Shown one piece after another: positions 42,722 through 53,194 of a stretch of 64,000 nucleotides of DNA. Within the stretch, counting starts at the first letter, position 1; every line of letters starts with the position of its first letter. The notes under the pieces were generated by a model that ran no database searches, had not been told where the DNA came from, and worked only from the letters and a program-made list of their open reading frames with translations. This DNA comes from Naegleria gruberi (lineage: Eukaryota). Where the stretch lies: the NCBI GenBank assembly GCA_000004985.1, contig GG738885.1; one strand, 5' to 3'. A program made the position numbers and the translations under genes.

Positions 42722-45700
42722 ATGACTCAAGGAACATCTGATCAACAAACATGTCCAGTATCAGGCATGAGCACTCAAAATAATGAAGCTCAATGTCCAT
42801 TTGCTTCTGCTGATTCTCGTCGTAATAGTAAAGGAAGCAATGGCAGTAATCAACCATGTAAAGAAGAACCAATTCCTCAACCAGAACCACACTTTCTCGT
42901 TGGTAATATCTTTACAGTCGATAAAAAGAATCCATTTCCAAGTTTTATTGAATTGGCCAAAAAGTTCGATGGTATTTTCAAGATGAATATATTAGGTAAA
43001 CAATTAGTAGTAGTTTACAGTCAAGAATTGGTCAATGAATTATGTGATGAGAGCAGATTTGAAAAGGCACTTCCTCCAGGATTAAAACACGTTAAAGAGT
43101 TTGGTGGGGATGGTTTATTCACTGCAGAGAATAATGAACCAAATTGGGCTATTGCTCACAGAATTTTAATGCCAGCCTTTGGTCCAAAATCAATTCAGGA
43201 TATGTATCCTCAAATGTATGATATTGCAGAACAATTGTGTACCAAATGGGAAAGATTGGGAGAGCACTCAGTTATTGACATTGTTGATAACATGACCAGA
43301 TTGACCTTAGATACAATTGCCTTGTGTGCATTCAACTATAGATTTAACAGTTTCTATCATAATGAAATGCATCCATTCGTACAGTCCATGTTCGAGGCAT
43401 TGCAAGAAGCCAGCTCTAGAACTAAGAGACCTTCCATTTTGAACAATGTCTTGGTCAAGACAAAGAAAAAGCATCAAAGAAATATTGAATATATGCATGC
43501 AGTTGCAGACGAGATTGTAAAGGACAGAAAGAAGAATCCAAGTGATGTTAACGATTTGCTTAATAGAATGTTACTTGGAAAGGATCCAGTCACCAATCAA
43601 GGATTAAGTGATGAAAATATTAGATATCAAATGGTCACGTTTTTGATAGCCGGGCACGAGACGACTAGTGGTCTTTTGAGTTTCACGCTTTATGAACTTC
43701 TCAAACATCCAGAAGTTTTAAAGAAAGCTCAAAAAGAAGTTGACACTGTGATTGGAAATGAAAATATTCAAATCAAACATATTCCACAACTTGTCTATTT
43801 GGATCAAATCCTCAAAGAAACTCTTCGTCTGTGGCCAACTGCTCCTGGATTTGGTCTTGGTTGTAAAACTGATCAAGTCATTGGTGGAAAGTATAGAATT
43901 CACCCTTCAGATTTTATTATTGTGAGTAATTCCAATTTGCACAGAGATAAGAAAGTTTGGGGTGAAGATTGTGAACAATTCAATCCTGATAGAATGAGCC
44001 CAGAAAACTTTTCCTCACTTCCAAGTAACAGTTGGAAACCTTTTGGTAATGGATCGAGAGGTTGCATTGGCCGTCCATTTGCTTGGCAAGAAGCAATTTT
44101 GGTATTGGCTATGGTTCTTCAAAGATTTGAACTGATTGAGAATGATCCAAATTATCACTTGTCCATTACCCAAGCTTTGACCATCAAGCCAAATGGATTA
44201 TTCCTCAAAGTTAAGCCAAGATCTAATTGGAAAGGATCTCAATTGGTGAGAACTAATGCTTCTAATACTAGTTCTGAAAATTCTCATACTGATGATCAAA
44301 ATTCCACATCTACCGAATCAAAGGGTCCACTTTTGGTCTTGTACGGTTCTAACAGTGGTACATGTGAAAGCTTTGCCTCAATGTTGCACCAAGATGCTAA
44401 ATCCAAAGGATTTGATTGTAAAGTTGGTAGATTGAACACATTTACTGGTAACATTCCATTGGATACTCCAATTCTCATTGTAACAGCTTCATATGAAGGT
44501 CAACCAACTGAAGATGCCAAACAATTCGTTGGATGGCTCGAACATGTTCCAGAAAATACTCTCAAAGGACTCAAATATGCAGTTTTCGGATGTGGACACA
44601 GTGATTGGGTTGACACCTATCAAAGAATTCCAACATTCATTGACAACAAATTGAGTGAAGCTGGTGGTGAGAGAATTGCCCAGAGAGGAATTGGTAATGC
44701 TGCCAAAGACTTATTCTGTGAATTTGATCAGTGGAGAAAGACATTGTGGAGTTCTTTCGATCCTCATACCTCTCACGAACTTCCTCCAGTTGAAACAACC
44801 ATCATTAAGGGACATAGAGAAACAATTCTCCATTTCCAAAGTTTGGAACCTGGAAAGGTAATTGAAAATTATGATTTGGTTCCTGAGGACTATTGTGATG
44901 ATCATGGAACTTGTAGATCCAAGAGACATATTGAAATTCAATTGCCAGCTGGAGCTCATTATGAATCAGGTGATTATTTATCAGTATTACCTGTCAACTC
45001 TATGAAAGTTGTTAATAAGGCACTTTCTCATTTCAAATTAACTCACGATGATCAAATTGTCTTGAAGAGAAGTGAAACAATTTCATCTTCATCCTATCCT
45101 GTCAATGAGCCAATCTCTGCAGTCAACTTGTTCATGAATTATTTCGAATTGAGTCAACCAGCAACCAAGAGACAATTAGAAATTCTCCTCGAACACACAA
45201 AGGAAGCATCCGATAAGCAAGTACTCCAACAATTAATAGAAAAGGACTCTAACATTCCTCCAATTCTTGATATCGTTCATGATTTGAAATCTTGTACAAT
45301 TCCACTCGGAAATTTCTTGGATATTTCAATTCCTATGCGTACAAGACAATACTCAATCTCATCCTCTCCATTGTGGAATAAGGACAAGTGTACCATTACT
45401 GTTGGTGTATTGAGAGCTCCAGCAACCCATGGAAAAGGATTCCACGAAGGGGTTGCCTCCAATTTCTTGGCAAGTTGTCTTCCAGATATGCAAGTTTCGG
45501 TTCAAATTAGAAACTCTTCCTTCAAATTACCTAATGACCCATCTGTTCCAATTATCATGATTGGAGCTGGTACTGGTATTGCTCCATTCAGAGGTTTCGT
45601 TCAGGAAAGAGCTTGTCTCATTAAGGAAGGTAAGACTCTTGGTAAGGCTCTCTTGTTCCAAGGATGCAGAAATCCAGAACAAGATTACTTGTACAAGAAG

Positions 45701-45994
45701 GAACTCGAAGAATGGAGTCAATTGGGAGCTGTTGAATTGAGACCAGTTTTCTCAAGAATGGGAAGTAACGTAAAATATGTTCAAGATAAGATTATGGAAT
45801 GCAAGGAAGAAGTTGCTAAACTCTTACTGGAAGAAGCTCAAATCTACATTTGTGGTGAAGGAAATCATATGGCACCTGCTGTTAAGAAAGTCTTGATGGA
45901 AATTTATCAACAAGTTACCAATTGTACAAAGGAAGAAGCTGAAAAGAGAATGAGCTCGATGGATAAGCGTTTTGCTGTTGATGTTTTTGCATAA
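42722..45994 (+). CDS. Self-sufficient cytochrome P450–NADPH-P450 reductase fusion (CYP102/CYP505 'BM3/P450foxy' type)
   Basis: P450 half has FLIAGHETTSGLLSF (I-helix), ETLRLWPTAP (ExxR) and FGNGSRGCIGRPFA (Cys-heme loop). Reductase half has the flavodoxin LLVLYGSNSGTCESFA, FAD RQYSISSSP, and the NADPH MIGAGTGIAPFRGF and CGEGNHM blocks. Single 1091-codon ORF. Confidence 0.95.
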   Translation: MTQGTSDQQTCPVSGMSTQNNEAQCPFASADSRRNSKGSNGSNQPCKEEPIPQPEPHFLVGNIFTVDKKNPFPSFIELAKKFDGIFKMNILGKQLVVVYSQELVNELCDESRFEKALPPGLKHVKEFGGDGLFTAENNEPNWAIAHRILMPAFGPKSIQDMYPQMYDIAEQLCTKWERLGEHSVIDIVDNMTRLTLDTIALCAFNYRFNSFYHNEMHPFVQSMFEALQEASSRTKRPSILNNVLVKTKKKHQRNIEYMHAVADEIVKDRKKNPSDVNDLLNRMLLGKDPVTNQGLSDENIRYQMVTFLIAGHETTSGLLSFTLYELLKHPEVLKKAQKEVDTVIGNENIQIKHIPQLVYLDQILKETLRLWPTAPGFGLGCKTDQVIGGKYRIHPSDFIIVSNSNLHRDKKVWGEDCEQFNPDRMSPENFSSLPSNSWKPFGNGSRGCIGRPFAWQEAILVLAMVLQRFELIENDPNYHLSITQALTIKPNGLFLKVKPRSNWKGSQLVRTNASNTSSENSHTDDQNSTSTESKGPLLVLYGSNSGTCESFASMLHQDAKSKGFDCKVGRLNTFTGNIPLDTPILIVTASYEGQPTEDAKQFVGWLEHVPENTLKGLKYAVFGCGHSDWVDTYQRIPTFIDNKLSEAGGERIAQRGIGNAAKDLFCEFDQWRKTLWSSFDPHTSHELPPVETTIIKGHRETILHFQSLEPGKVIENYDLVPEDYCDDHGTCRSKRHIEIQLPAGAHYESGDYLSVLPVNSMKVVNKALSHFKLTHDDQIVLKRSETISSSSYPVNEPISAVNLFMNYFELSQPATKRQLEILLEHTKEASDKQVLQQLIEKDSNIPPILDIVHDLKSCTIPLGNFLDISIPMRTRQYSISSSPLWNKDKCTITVGVLRAPATHGKGFHEGVASNFLASCLPDMQVSVQIRNSSFKLPNDPSVPIIMIGAGTGIAPFRGFVQERACLIKEGKTLGKALLFQGCRNPEQDYLYKKELEEWSQLGAVELRPVFSRMGSNVKYVQDKIMECKEEVAKLLLEEAQIYICGEGNHMAPAVKKVLMEIYQQVTNCTKEEAEKRMSSMDKRFAVDVFA

Positions 45995-46183
45995 TAAATT
46001 TGTAATTTAATATTTAATTTCTCAATCCTATTGTGCAATTTTACCTATTGCAGCTGTCCTCAATTCCAGAGAAAGGAAGATGGCGAATATGATTTTTTTT
46101 CAGTTGGAATATTGAGAGTCAATTTGTAATTTATTTTGTTGTTTACAAGAATATTAACCCTATTGGAAATCTCGATCATTAAT

Positions 46184-47143
46184 TTACAAGGATGGCTTTT
46201 CTGACTTTTTGCATGTCTTTCTCTTGATACAAATCTTCTTCTTGATTGACTTGCAACACTTCTTCTTTCCACCAACCAATTTGAATTTCTTACAAATCTT
46301 CTTTCCCTTAGAACGTTTCAAACACTTCTTATAATACTTCTTCTTGAGACATCTTGGTGGAATGACAATTGATTTGGCACAATATTTCTTCTTTTGATAT
46401 TTGACACATTTAGAAAGAGTCTTCTTGTGCTTACAGAACTTGATAGTCTTATGCTTGGCACAGAAGAATTTCTTCTTAATGAGACAACATTTCTTGATGG
46501 ATTTTCTCTCCTTACAGTATTTAACCTTCTTATACTTGGCACATTTCTTTGCCCATGCAACAATCTTGCACTTTTTAACATATCTACATTTGGCAACCTT
46601 CTTCTTATAGGAATCAACAGTGTACTTATCGCAAATCTTCTTCTTTTCACACTTCTTGATTGGAACCTTCTTGAATTTCTTACAGACCTTCTTATATCCC
46701 TTCTTGACGCACTTGTTGACAATCTTGTGTTTGGCACAGAATTTCTTGTAACCCTTCTTCACACAAATCTTCTTAGTTCCATAAGAATCACAAACTTTCC
46801 AGTGCTTCTTCTTGGCACAACCAACAATCTTGTACGCATGCAAGACACATTTCTTTGTTGGCTTGCTATACTTGTCACATTTGGAATATTTCTTATGTTT
46901 GAGACATTTACCAGCACCGACAATGGCATATTGATCACAGACCTTCTTTTGACCAACGAGTTTGTGTTTCAAACACTTCTTAATCCACTTGTGCTTTAAA
47001 CATTTTCTCTTACTAATCTTTGGCTTGTGATACTTGTCAACTACGACTGGTCCAGGTTTGGTTTGATAGCTGTCAGTTGCTTGAACTGAAAGAATGGCAA
47101 GCAGGAGAAGAATTGCAATTGAAACAATTAGATTTGCTTTCAT
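46184..47143 (-). CDS. Secreted, extremely Lys/Cys-rich repetitive protein (319 aa)
   Basis: ATG at 47141..47143. Signal peptide MKANLIVSIAILLLLAILSVQA. The mature part is roughly one third Lys with Cys spaced about every 8–12 residues, in degenerate repeats CLKHK.., KKCVKKGYKK(F/V)C, KKCAKYKKVKYC. The underlying DNA repeats generate long shadow ORFs in other frames. Confidence 0.6.
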   Translation of the reverse strand: MKANLIVSIAILLLLAILSVQATDSYQTKPGPVVVDKYHKPKISKRKCLKHKWIKKCLKHKLVGQKKVCDQYAIVGAGKCLKHKKYSKCDKYSKPTKKCVLHAYKIVGCAKKKHWKVCDSYGTKKICVKKGYKKFCAKHKIVNKCVKKGYKKVCKKFKKVPIKKCEKKKICDKYTVDSYKKKVAKCRYVKKCKIVAWAKKCAKYKKVKYCKERKSIKKCCLIKKKFFCAKHKTIKFCKHKKTLSKCVKYQKKKYCAKSIVIPPRCLKKKYYKKCLKRSKGKKICKKFKLVGGKKKCCKSIKKKICIKRKTCKKSEKPSL

Positions 47144-47416
47144 TTTTTTGTTTGTTGATATTCTGGTCTATGAGTTTGTGCTCATTAAATACTTTTTTGA
47201 ACAATGATGGAAACTCAAAACGAAACATGTAAGGTTACAAATTTAGATAGAAAACTGATTCAACACCATGCATCAAAATCTTTATAAATGCTAATCGTAG
47301 ATAATTCTTCACATTTCAATATTGGTTAATTGGAAGAATATTTACAATGTGTTATCACATATTGGAGCTTAAAATGATACTTTACTTTTGTTTCGAATAC
47401 CAAATTGGTAAAACTA

Positions 47417-48805
47417 CTATTGGAGATTACATTTTTGCTTTGTTCGTACTTTGGGTGATCCTATTGCCTTTTTACAATAAAAGTTTTGAACTAATTCCCT
47501 AACTTTTTGTTTAAGATTCGAATCGAAATCTGGTGCATCACTAATTACTAGTTCAGAAATACTTCCATACTGCTGAACATAATCTATGAATGCATGTAAT
47601 TGCTGCATTACTGAACCTATTATTATGAATGATTAGAGATTGAAGTAATTTTGGTTTGGATTTCAGATACTTAATTATTCCTGAATCAGTATTACCACAA
47701 TTAATAACTGTTAATCTAGTAATGGATCATTCCGTATTCCCAAATAACTCAAATCCATCATCTCCAATGTTTTGGTTTGAAGAAATAACCAATTCTCTCA
47801 AATGTTTCATATTTGCAATGATTTTACATGATTTAAACGAAATGGCATTGTTGCTCAAATTTAGATAATGCATTTTCTTAAATTCATTCCTACTCAAAAA
47901 TTCCATAACTGTGCTATCCTCAATATTATTGAATCCAACATGTAAATATTCCAAACTATAACAATGACACAACTAGGTCAACCCATTTCCAATTTTGTTA
48001 TCATGTAAATTGAAATGTTTCAATAATTTCAAATTTCCAAAATTTTTCAAACCTTCGCTACCTATCATATTCATTTCCAAATGTAATTCTTCCAGTTTAA
48101 CATTTTCTGATAAATAATTGGCTCCAACATCTCCTATTTGATTTTTTCTCACATCCAATTGTTTGAGTTGAATAGTTTAGTTCAGTGTGATTCCAATTTA
48201 TAAAGATGTTCCAATGCTGATTTTTTCAAATCAATCAAATAAATACACTTTCAACTTTTTAGCAAATTTGCTTTCGAATATTGAAATTAATGATTTTGAA
48301 TGCAAGTGACCGAATAATATTAATTTCTCCAATGGCCAATCCAATTTATCAAAAAGTAAATTTTCATCTCCCGAATTTGTCATTATTTTCATGGAGAGTG
48401 ATTTAATTTTTGACTTGCTTTCGAATAGTAAATTAATACTTTTAATACTCAATCCAGGTAATTCCATTTCTTGTAATGTTTTCAATTTTTCAATTTCAAT
48501 AATTAAATCATCACTACAGCTACTTTTCAATTTCAATACTTTCAAATTGGTTAACATGGAAATAAACGAATCTAAACTTATTCTCGTTTTGAAATTTAAA
48601 TGTGTTACCTTGCTCAATTTATCAGAATATTCAATTCGTGGGAATTTCTTGGCAGCAGCGGAAAGTAAAAAGTTTTTATGGATTTGTAATTTTCATTCCA
48701 ATATTTACAAACTAATCTGACATTGTTTAAAATCCATCGATATTCGAAATAGATGAAAATTTGATCAAAAATTATTTCGTGCGAAAGCAGAGAATGTACT
48801 TGCAT
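47417..48805 (-). pseudogene. F-box + RNI-type LRR gene, fragmented (in-frame TAG, frameshift): probable pseudogene
   Basis: Five collinear minus ORFs encode an F-box (LSHEIIFDQIFIYFEYRWILNNVRLVCKYW) then RNI-like LRRs (NQIGDVGANYLSENVKLEELHLEMNMIGSEGLK...). An in-frame TAG at plus 47973..47975 (CTA) sits between ...KIGNGLT and CHCYSLEYL.... The 48614/48617 junction overlaps out of frame. Confidence 0.45.
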
Positions 48806-49145
48806 TCAATTTTCAATTTTTTTGTAAAATGTTTTTTCAATATTTCAGAGCCAATGGCTGTAATTCACATCTATTCCCATTTTCTTTATTCAATGTTTCT
48901 TGTAATGTTTATTAATCAAGTCAAAGTCAGACGAATGATATGATGGCATTATAATCCATTGATTGATCGTAGTCCACACTCTAATATCACCACACAATAA
49001 CAAATAGCAACGTATAATATCTGATACTTCAATAATAATGATAATTTGTCGAATTTGCCATATTTACTAGCATCAGCAAAAGTACCTTTTTTTCACACAA
49101 CACAAAAAATCTGCCTCACCACCCTCTCTTCACAATCATCATCAA

Positions 49146-50054
49146 ATGGCCACATCATCTTTATCTTCCTCACCATCATTATCAACATCCTCATCTTCAG
49201 TAGCAACACTAACACGCCAACAGCAATTGGTTCAACTCGAATTTAATCATGAGGGAAAATTTGCACTCATGACCCTCAACAACAAACCAGTAAATTCCTT
49301 AACACTCTCAATGATGAATTGCATCATTTCAAGTATTGAACAAGTGGAACAATATTCGCAAGCTCCAATGAATGCCTTGGTGATTACTTCAGCATGCCGA
49401 GGAGTTTTCTCAGCTGGATTGGATTTGAAATCGTTGTGTACTAGTTCGTTGGAATATTTGACTGAATTTTGGAATGTGCTGCAGAGAATGTTTATGAAAC
49501 TCTATTCGTGTCCATTGTTTACTGTTGCAATGATTAATGGACAATGTTTTGCAGGTGGATGTGTCTTGAGTTTGGCTTGTGATTATAGAATTATTCATGA
49601 ACAGTGTTCTATTGGGCTGAACGAAACTCAATTTGGATTAGTTCCTCCATGGTTCTTTATTGCTGCCTATGAGAATGTTATTGGAAAGAGATTGTGTGAA
49701 ATGCATGTTCAATTGGGAAGTTTATTACCAGCCAATGAAGCTTTGAAAATTTCACTTGTTGATGAAGTTCACTCCAATCCAAACTCAATGAAAGAATCAG
49801 CTCTGAAACAAGTAATGAAATGGAATAAGGTCAACCAATTTGCCAAGAGAGAATCCAAGCTTTTATTAAGAAAACCACTCATTGATCAGCTCACTGGATG
49901 TTGTAAGGAAAGAACTGAACAAGCTGTGAAGGTGATTGCTTCAGATAAGGCACAACAAATGATTCGTGGCCATCTCGAAAGTTTACACAAAAAGCAACAA
50001 GCAGCTGCCAATCAAAAGAAGGACGAAACTGCATCACGACCTTCAAAGTTATAA
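49146..50054 (+). CDS. ECI1: Δ3,Δ2-enoyl-CoA isomerase (crotonase superfamily, ECI1/DCI-like), probable mitochondrial
   Basis: Near-collinear with animal ECI1: VITSACRGVFSAGLDLKSL, INGQCFAGGCVLSLACDYRI, CSIGLNETQFGLVPPWFF, LQLGSLLPANEALKISLVDEV. Ser-rich N-terminus, presequence-like. Confidence 0.85.
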   Translation: MATSSLSSSPSLSTSSSSVATLTRQQQLVQLEFNHEGKFALMTLNNKPVNSLTLSMMNCIISSIEQVEQYSQAPMNALVITSACRGVFSAGLDLKSLCTSSLEYLTEFWNVLQRMFMKLYSCPLFTVAMINGQCFAGGCVLSLACDYRIIHEQCSIGLNETQFGLVPPWFFIAAYENVIGKRLCEMHVQLGSLLPANEALKISLVDEVHSNPNSMKESALKQVMKWNKVNQFAKRESKLLLRKPLIDQLTGCCKERTEQAVKVIASDKAQQMIRGHLESLHKKQQAAANQKKDETASRPSKL

Positions 50055-50121
50055 ACCTTCACTGTTTATTGGATTGTGAACATTTTCATTGTAAACGAAA
50101 CTCATTTCCGATCCATTCCGA

Positions 50122-52257
50122 ATGAACATAAAGTGCAAAGTTGGAGATGAAGAACAAGGAAAAAAAATGCTCAACAATCAGCAGGATCATGCCGATGAAG
50201 ATGAGAATTTCAAATCATCATCGTCATCGTCATTATCATCATCTGGAATAAATATGATGGATGATTCTTTGGATAACGAAAATGAAAATAATAATCAACA
50301 ACAACATGATGGAAAGCGTGAGAAAAAGCATCCGATCAATTTTGAATATCAGGCTCATGTCATGATGAAGAATTCTAGAGTGGGACATCCTTATGATTTG
50401 GTTAGTAAGGAACAATTGGAGAATTGTTTGGAGACGATGAAGAAATTACATAAACATCGATACTTGTTGAAGAGTCCCGAGTTGAAGGATTTGTTTGAGG
50501 CTGGCTCAGCCTTGTTTAATCCATTGACGGAAGAGGAAAAGATAGAAAGAAGGAGACAGAGAAGAAAACAAGCAAAGGAAGGTAGAAAGAGTCATGATGA
50601 GACAATTTTAAATAATACAGAAATGAAAAAGAGAAAAATTAATGAAATTTCCATTATTAAAGAACAGTTGGAGGAAAGGAAAGCTTTGGAATGTTCGAAT
50701 TTGGATCAAGCAGAAACATCACTTGTGAAAATGGGTATTGAAACGGATGAAATGAAGAAAAAGAAGAGAAAACACATGATGCCTGATATTGGATTAAAAA
50801 GGATTAAAAAGCAAGATGTACTCAAATTGTCCAATTCTGTGGATGAGGATGATGAGGATGTGACTATTGAATCAATTACTGATGATTCCAACCAGACTGC
50901 ATCCAGCAGTAGTGCTTCTTCATCTCATGTCGACAGCAACTCAATGCAAGATGAAGAAAACAAGGCAACAACGGTTCCAACAATTCTCTTTTCACAAAGA
51001 CAATGCTATATGTGCAAACAAATGTTTGATAAGGTTCATTTCTTTTATCACAAAATGTGTACTCAGTGTGGAGAGTTCAACTATGAAAAGAGAAATGCAA
51101 CTTGTGACTTGTCAGGTCGTGTTGCTCTTGTGACTGGTGGCAGAGTTAAAATTGGTTATGAAAGTAGTTTGAAACTTCTCAGAAATAACATTTCTATGGT
51201 CATTGTAACAACTCGTTTCCCAAAGGATGCTGCTAAAAGATATACAGCTGAACCAGATTTTGATCAATGGAAAGATAAGCTTCAAATTTATGGATTGGAC
51301 ATGAAACACATTCCAAGTGTTTATGCATTTTGTGATTTTTTGAAACAAAAGCTTGATAGATTGGACATTATTATTAACAATGCCTGTCAAACCATTAGAA
51401 GGCCATGTGCATACTATAGACATGTCTGCCTCGATGAAATGACAGTCAGTTTGGAGGATTTGAGCGAGAATGTAAAGAAAATACTACCAACAGACTTTTT
51501 CATGAAACCAGAAATGATAGAACATACAGATTCAGGTATCAAGACTCTCATTTCTCCAACAAGTGATGAACTTATCGAGCATGCATCCAATAATCCAACA
51601 AGTAATCAAATTGTACCATACAGTGTAGATTCTTTGAGGGCTCTCACTGATTCCTGTAATGTTAGTACAAGTGCACTCATTTCTCAAATTCCAATCTTGA
51701 AAGAGGATCAGCTTTATGACAGTAATTTATTCCCACATAAGGTTCTCGATGTAAATAAGAGTCAAGTAGATTTGAGACAAAAGAATTCATGGGTTCAAAA
51801 ATTGGATCAGGTTCCAATTTTCGAATTTTTAGAAGTGCAAACCATCAATGTGACTGCGCCATTCATTATCAACTCTCGTTTGAAACCACTGATGGCCAAA
51901 ATGGTCGATCAAGACAAGTTTATCATTAATGTTAGCAGTATGGAAGGTCAGTTTTATAGAAAAACGAAAAAAACAACCCATCCACACTTGAATATGGCAA
52001 AGAGTTCTTTAAATATGATGACAAGAACAAGTGCCGCCGACTATGCCAAGAGCAGAATCTACATGGTCTCAGTCGACACTGGATGGAACAATGATGAAAA
52101 TCCATTGAATATCAACAATGTTAAGGAGACTTACTTTTGTCCACTGGACGAAATTGATGGCGCTGCAAGAATCATGCATCCAATTTTTACATGCATTAAG
52201 GAGGGAAAGAAAATATTTGGAGTTTTCATGAAGAATTATGATTCATACTATTGGTAA
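50122..52257 (+). CDS. Rossmann-fold SDR-superfamily oxidoreductase with long N-terminal extension containing a CxxC...CxxC zinc-ribbon-like motif
   Basis: Nucleotide-binding LSGRVALVTGGRVKIGYESSLKLL and NNACQ blocks. C-terminal HLNMAKSSLNMMTRTSAADYAKSRIYMVSVDTGW. No canonical YxxxK spacing is evident, so it may be an atypical SDR. N-terminal CYMCKQMFDKVHFFYHKMCTQCGEF. Confidence 0.55.
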   Translation: MNIKCKVGDEEQGKKMLNNQQDHADEDENFKSSSSSSLSSSGINMMDDSLDNENENNNQQQHDGKREKKHPINFEYQAHVMMKNSRVGHPYDLVSKEQLENCLETMKKLHKHRYLLKSPELKDLFEAGSALFNPLTEEEKIERRRQRRKQAKEGRKSHDETILNNTEMKKRKINEISIIKEQLEERKALECSNLDQAETSLVKMGIETDEMKKKKRKHMMPDIGLKRIKKQDVLKLSNSVDEDDEDVTIESITDDSNQTASSSSASSSHVDSNSMQDEENKATTVPTILFSQRQCYMCKQMFDKVHFFYHKMCTQCGEFNYEKRNATCDLSGRVALVTGGRVKIGYESSLKLLRNNISMVIVTTRFPKDAAKRYTAEPDFDQWKDKLQIYGLDMKHIPSVYAFCDFLKQKLDRLDIIINNACQTIRRPCAYYRHVCLDEMTVSLEDLSENVKKILPTDFFMKPEMIEHTDSGIKTLISPTSDELIEHASNNPTSNQIVPYSVDSLRALTDSCNVSTSALISQIPILKEDQLYDSNLFPHKVLDVNKSQVDLRQKNSWVQKLDQVPIFEFLEVQTINVTAPFIINSRLKPLMAKMVDQDKFIINVSSMEGQFYRKTKKTTHPHLNMAKSSLNMMTRTSAADYAKSRIYMVSVDTGWNNDENPLNINNVKETYFCPLDEIDGAARIMHPIFTCIKEGKKIFGVFMKNYDSYYW

Positions 52258-52414
52258 TTTTACAAACAGTCAACAGTAAACAAATTCATTTAATGAAGTT
52301 GGTGAAGTTCGAGTAATTATTGGAACTGCAAATATCACCAAATTAAAATCAAATTAGAAAAAAAAAGCCACAACTCCTGTTAATCACCACCTGTAATCCT
52401 CATCCACCATCATC

Positions 52415-53194
52415 ATGAAGCGAACACTAAATGATTTCTTACAAACCTCAGATAAAAAGAAACAATCAACTCTCAAGAAGATAAAAAGTAATTCCGAAGT
52501 TTCTGGTGCGCCAGTAAAACAAATTTCTTCTTATAAAACGGATTCGGAAATTGGTGGTTTATATATTATTGAGAATATTATTGATGTGGCAGAAGAACGA
52601 AAATTAGTAAAATTCATTGATTCTCAAAAGTGGAACGATGAAATATCGAGAAGGACTCAACATTATGGAGTTTCTTATAATTATGGCGCAAGAGGTGTTA
52701 AGGAAGCTCTGAAAGTGCCACCAGTTCCATCAGAATTTTCAGATTTACTGGAAGAAATTAAGAATAAGGAAGGATTGGATTCTATTCGAAATTTGATGGA
52801 AGGAATTGATTTTAAACAAGTCATAATCAATGAATACAAGGGAGCCAAGCAAGGCATCTCAAAACATGTTGATCATTGTCAAGATTTTGGTCCTCTAATA
52901 TTAATTCTCAGTTTGGGTGATGAATGCGTAATGAAATTCCACAAATTAGAACAAGTGAAAGAAGAAGATTTGAAAAAGAAAAAAGTGAAACGAACAGAAG
53001 TATCACCATCAGAATGTTACGATAGAAGAATGCCCAGAAGATCACTCATTATTCTCTCAGGAGATGCCAGATATCAATATCAACATGAAATTCCCAAAAC
53101 AATGGTCTTTAAAATTGATGGTAAACAATTCTTGAAAAGAAGTGAAAGTTACCGAAGAGTTTCCATCACTTATAGATCCCTAACAACAGATTGA
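52415..53194 (+). CDS. AlkB-family Fe(II)/2-oxoglutarate dioxygenase
   Basis: HVDHCQD (HxD iron ligands), a distal His in QYQHEIP, and the C-terminal RRVSITYRSL (the R-x-S-x-T-x-R 2OG-binding signature of AlkB homologues). Confidence 0.7.
   Translation: MKRTLNDFLQTSDKKKQSTLKKIKSNSEVSGAPVKQISSYKTDSEIGGLYIIENIIDVAEERKLVKFIDSQKWNDEISRRTQHYGVSYNYGARGVKEALKVPPVPSEFSDLLEEIKNKEGLDSIRNLMEGIDFKQVIINEYKGAKQGISKHVDHCQDFGPLILILSLGDECVMKFHKLEQVKEEDLKKKKVKRTEVSPSECYDRRMPRRSLIILSGDARYQYQHEIPKTMVFKIDGKQFLKRSESYRRVSITYRSLTTD

Noticed and set aside
46318-46999. Long ORFs 46318..46737 (−), 46394..46999 (+) and 46401..46610 (+)
   Set aside because: They overlap the K/C-rich secreted gene and arise from its AAG/TGC-rich repetitive DNA. 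Only the 46184..47143 frame has an ATG, a signal peptide and a coherent repeat structure.
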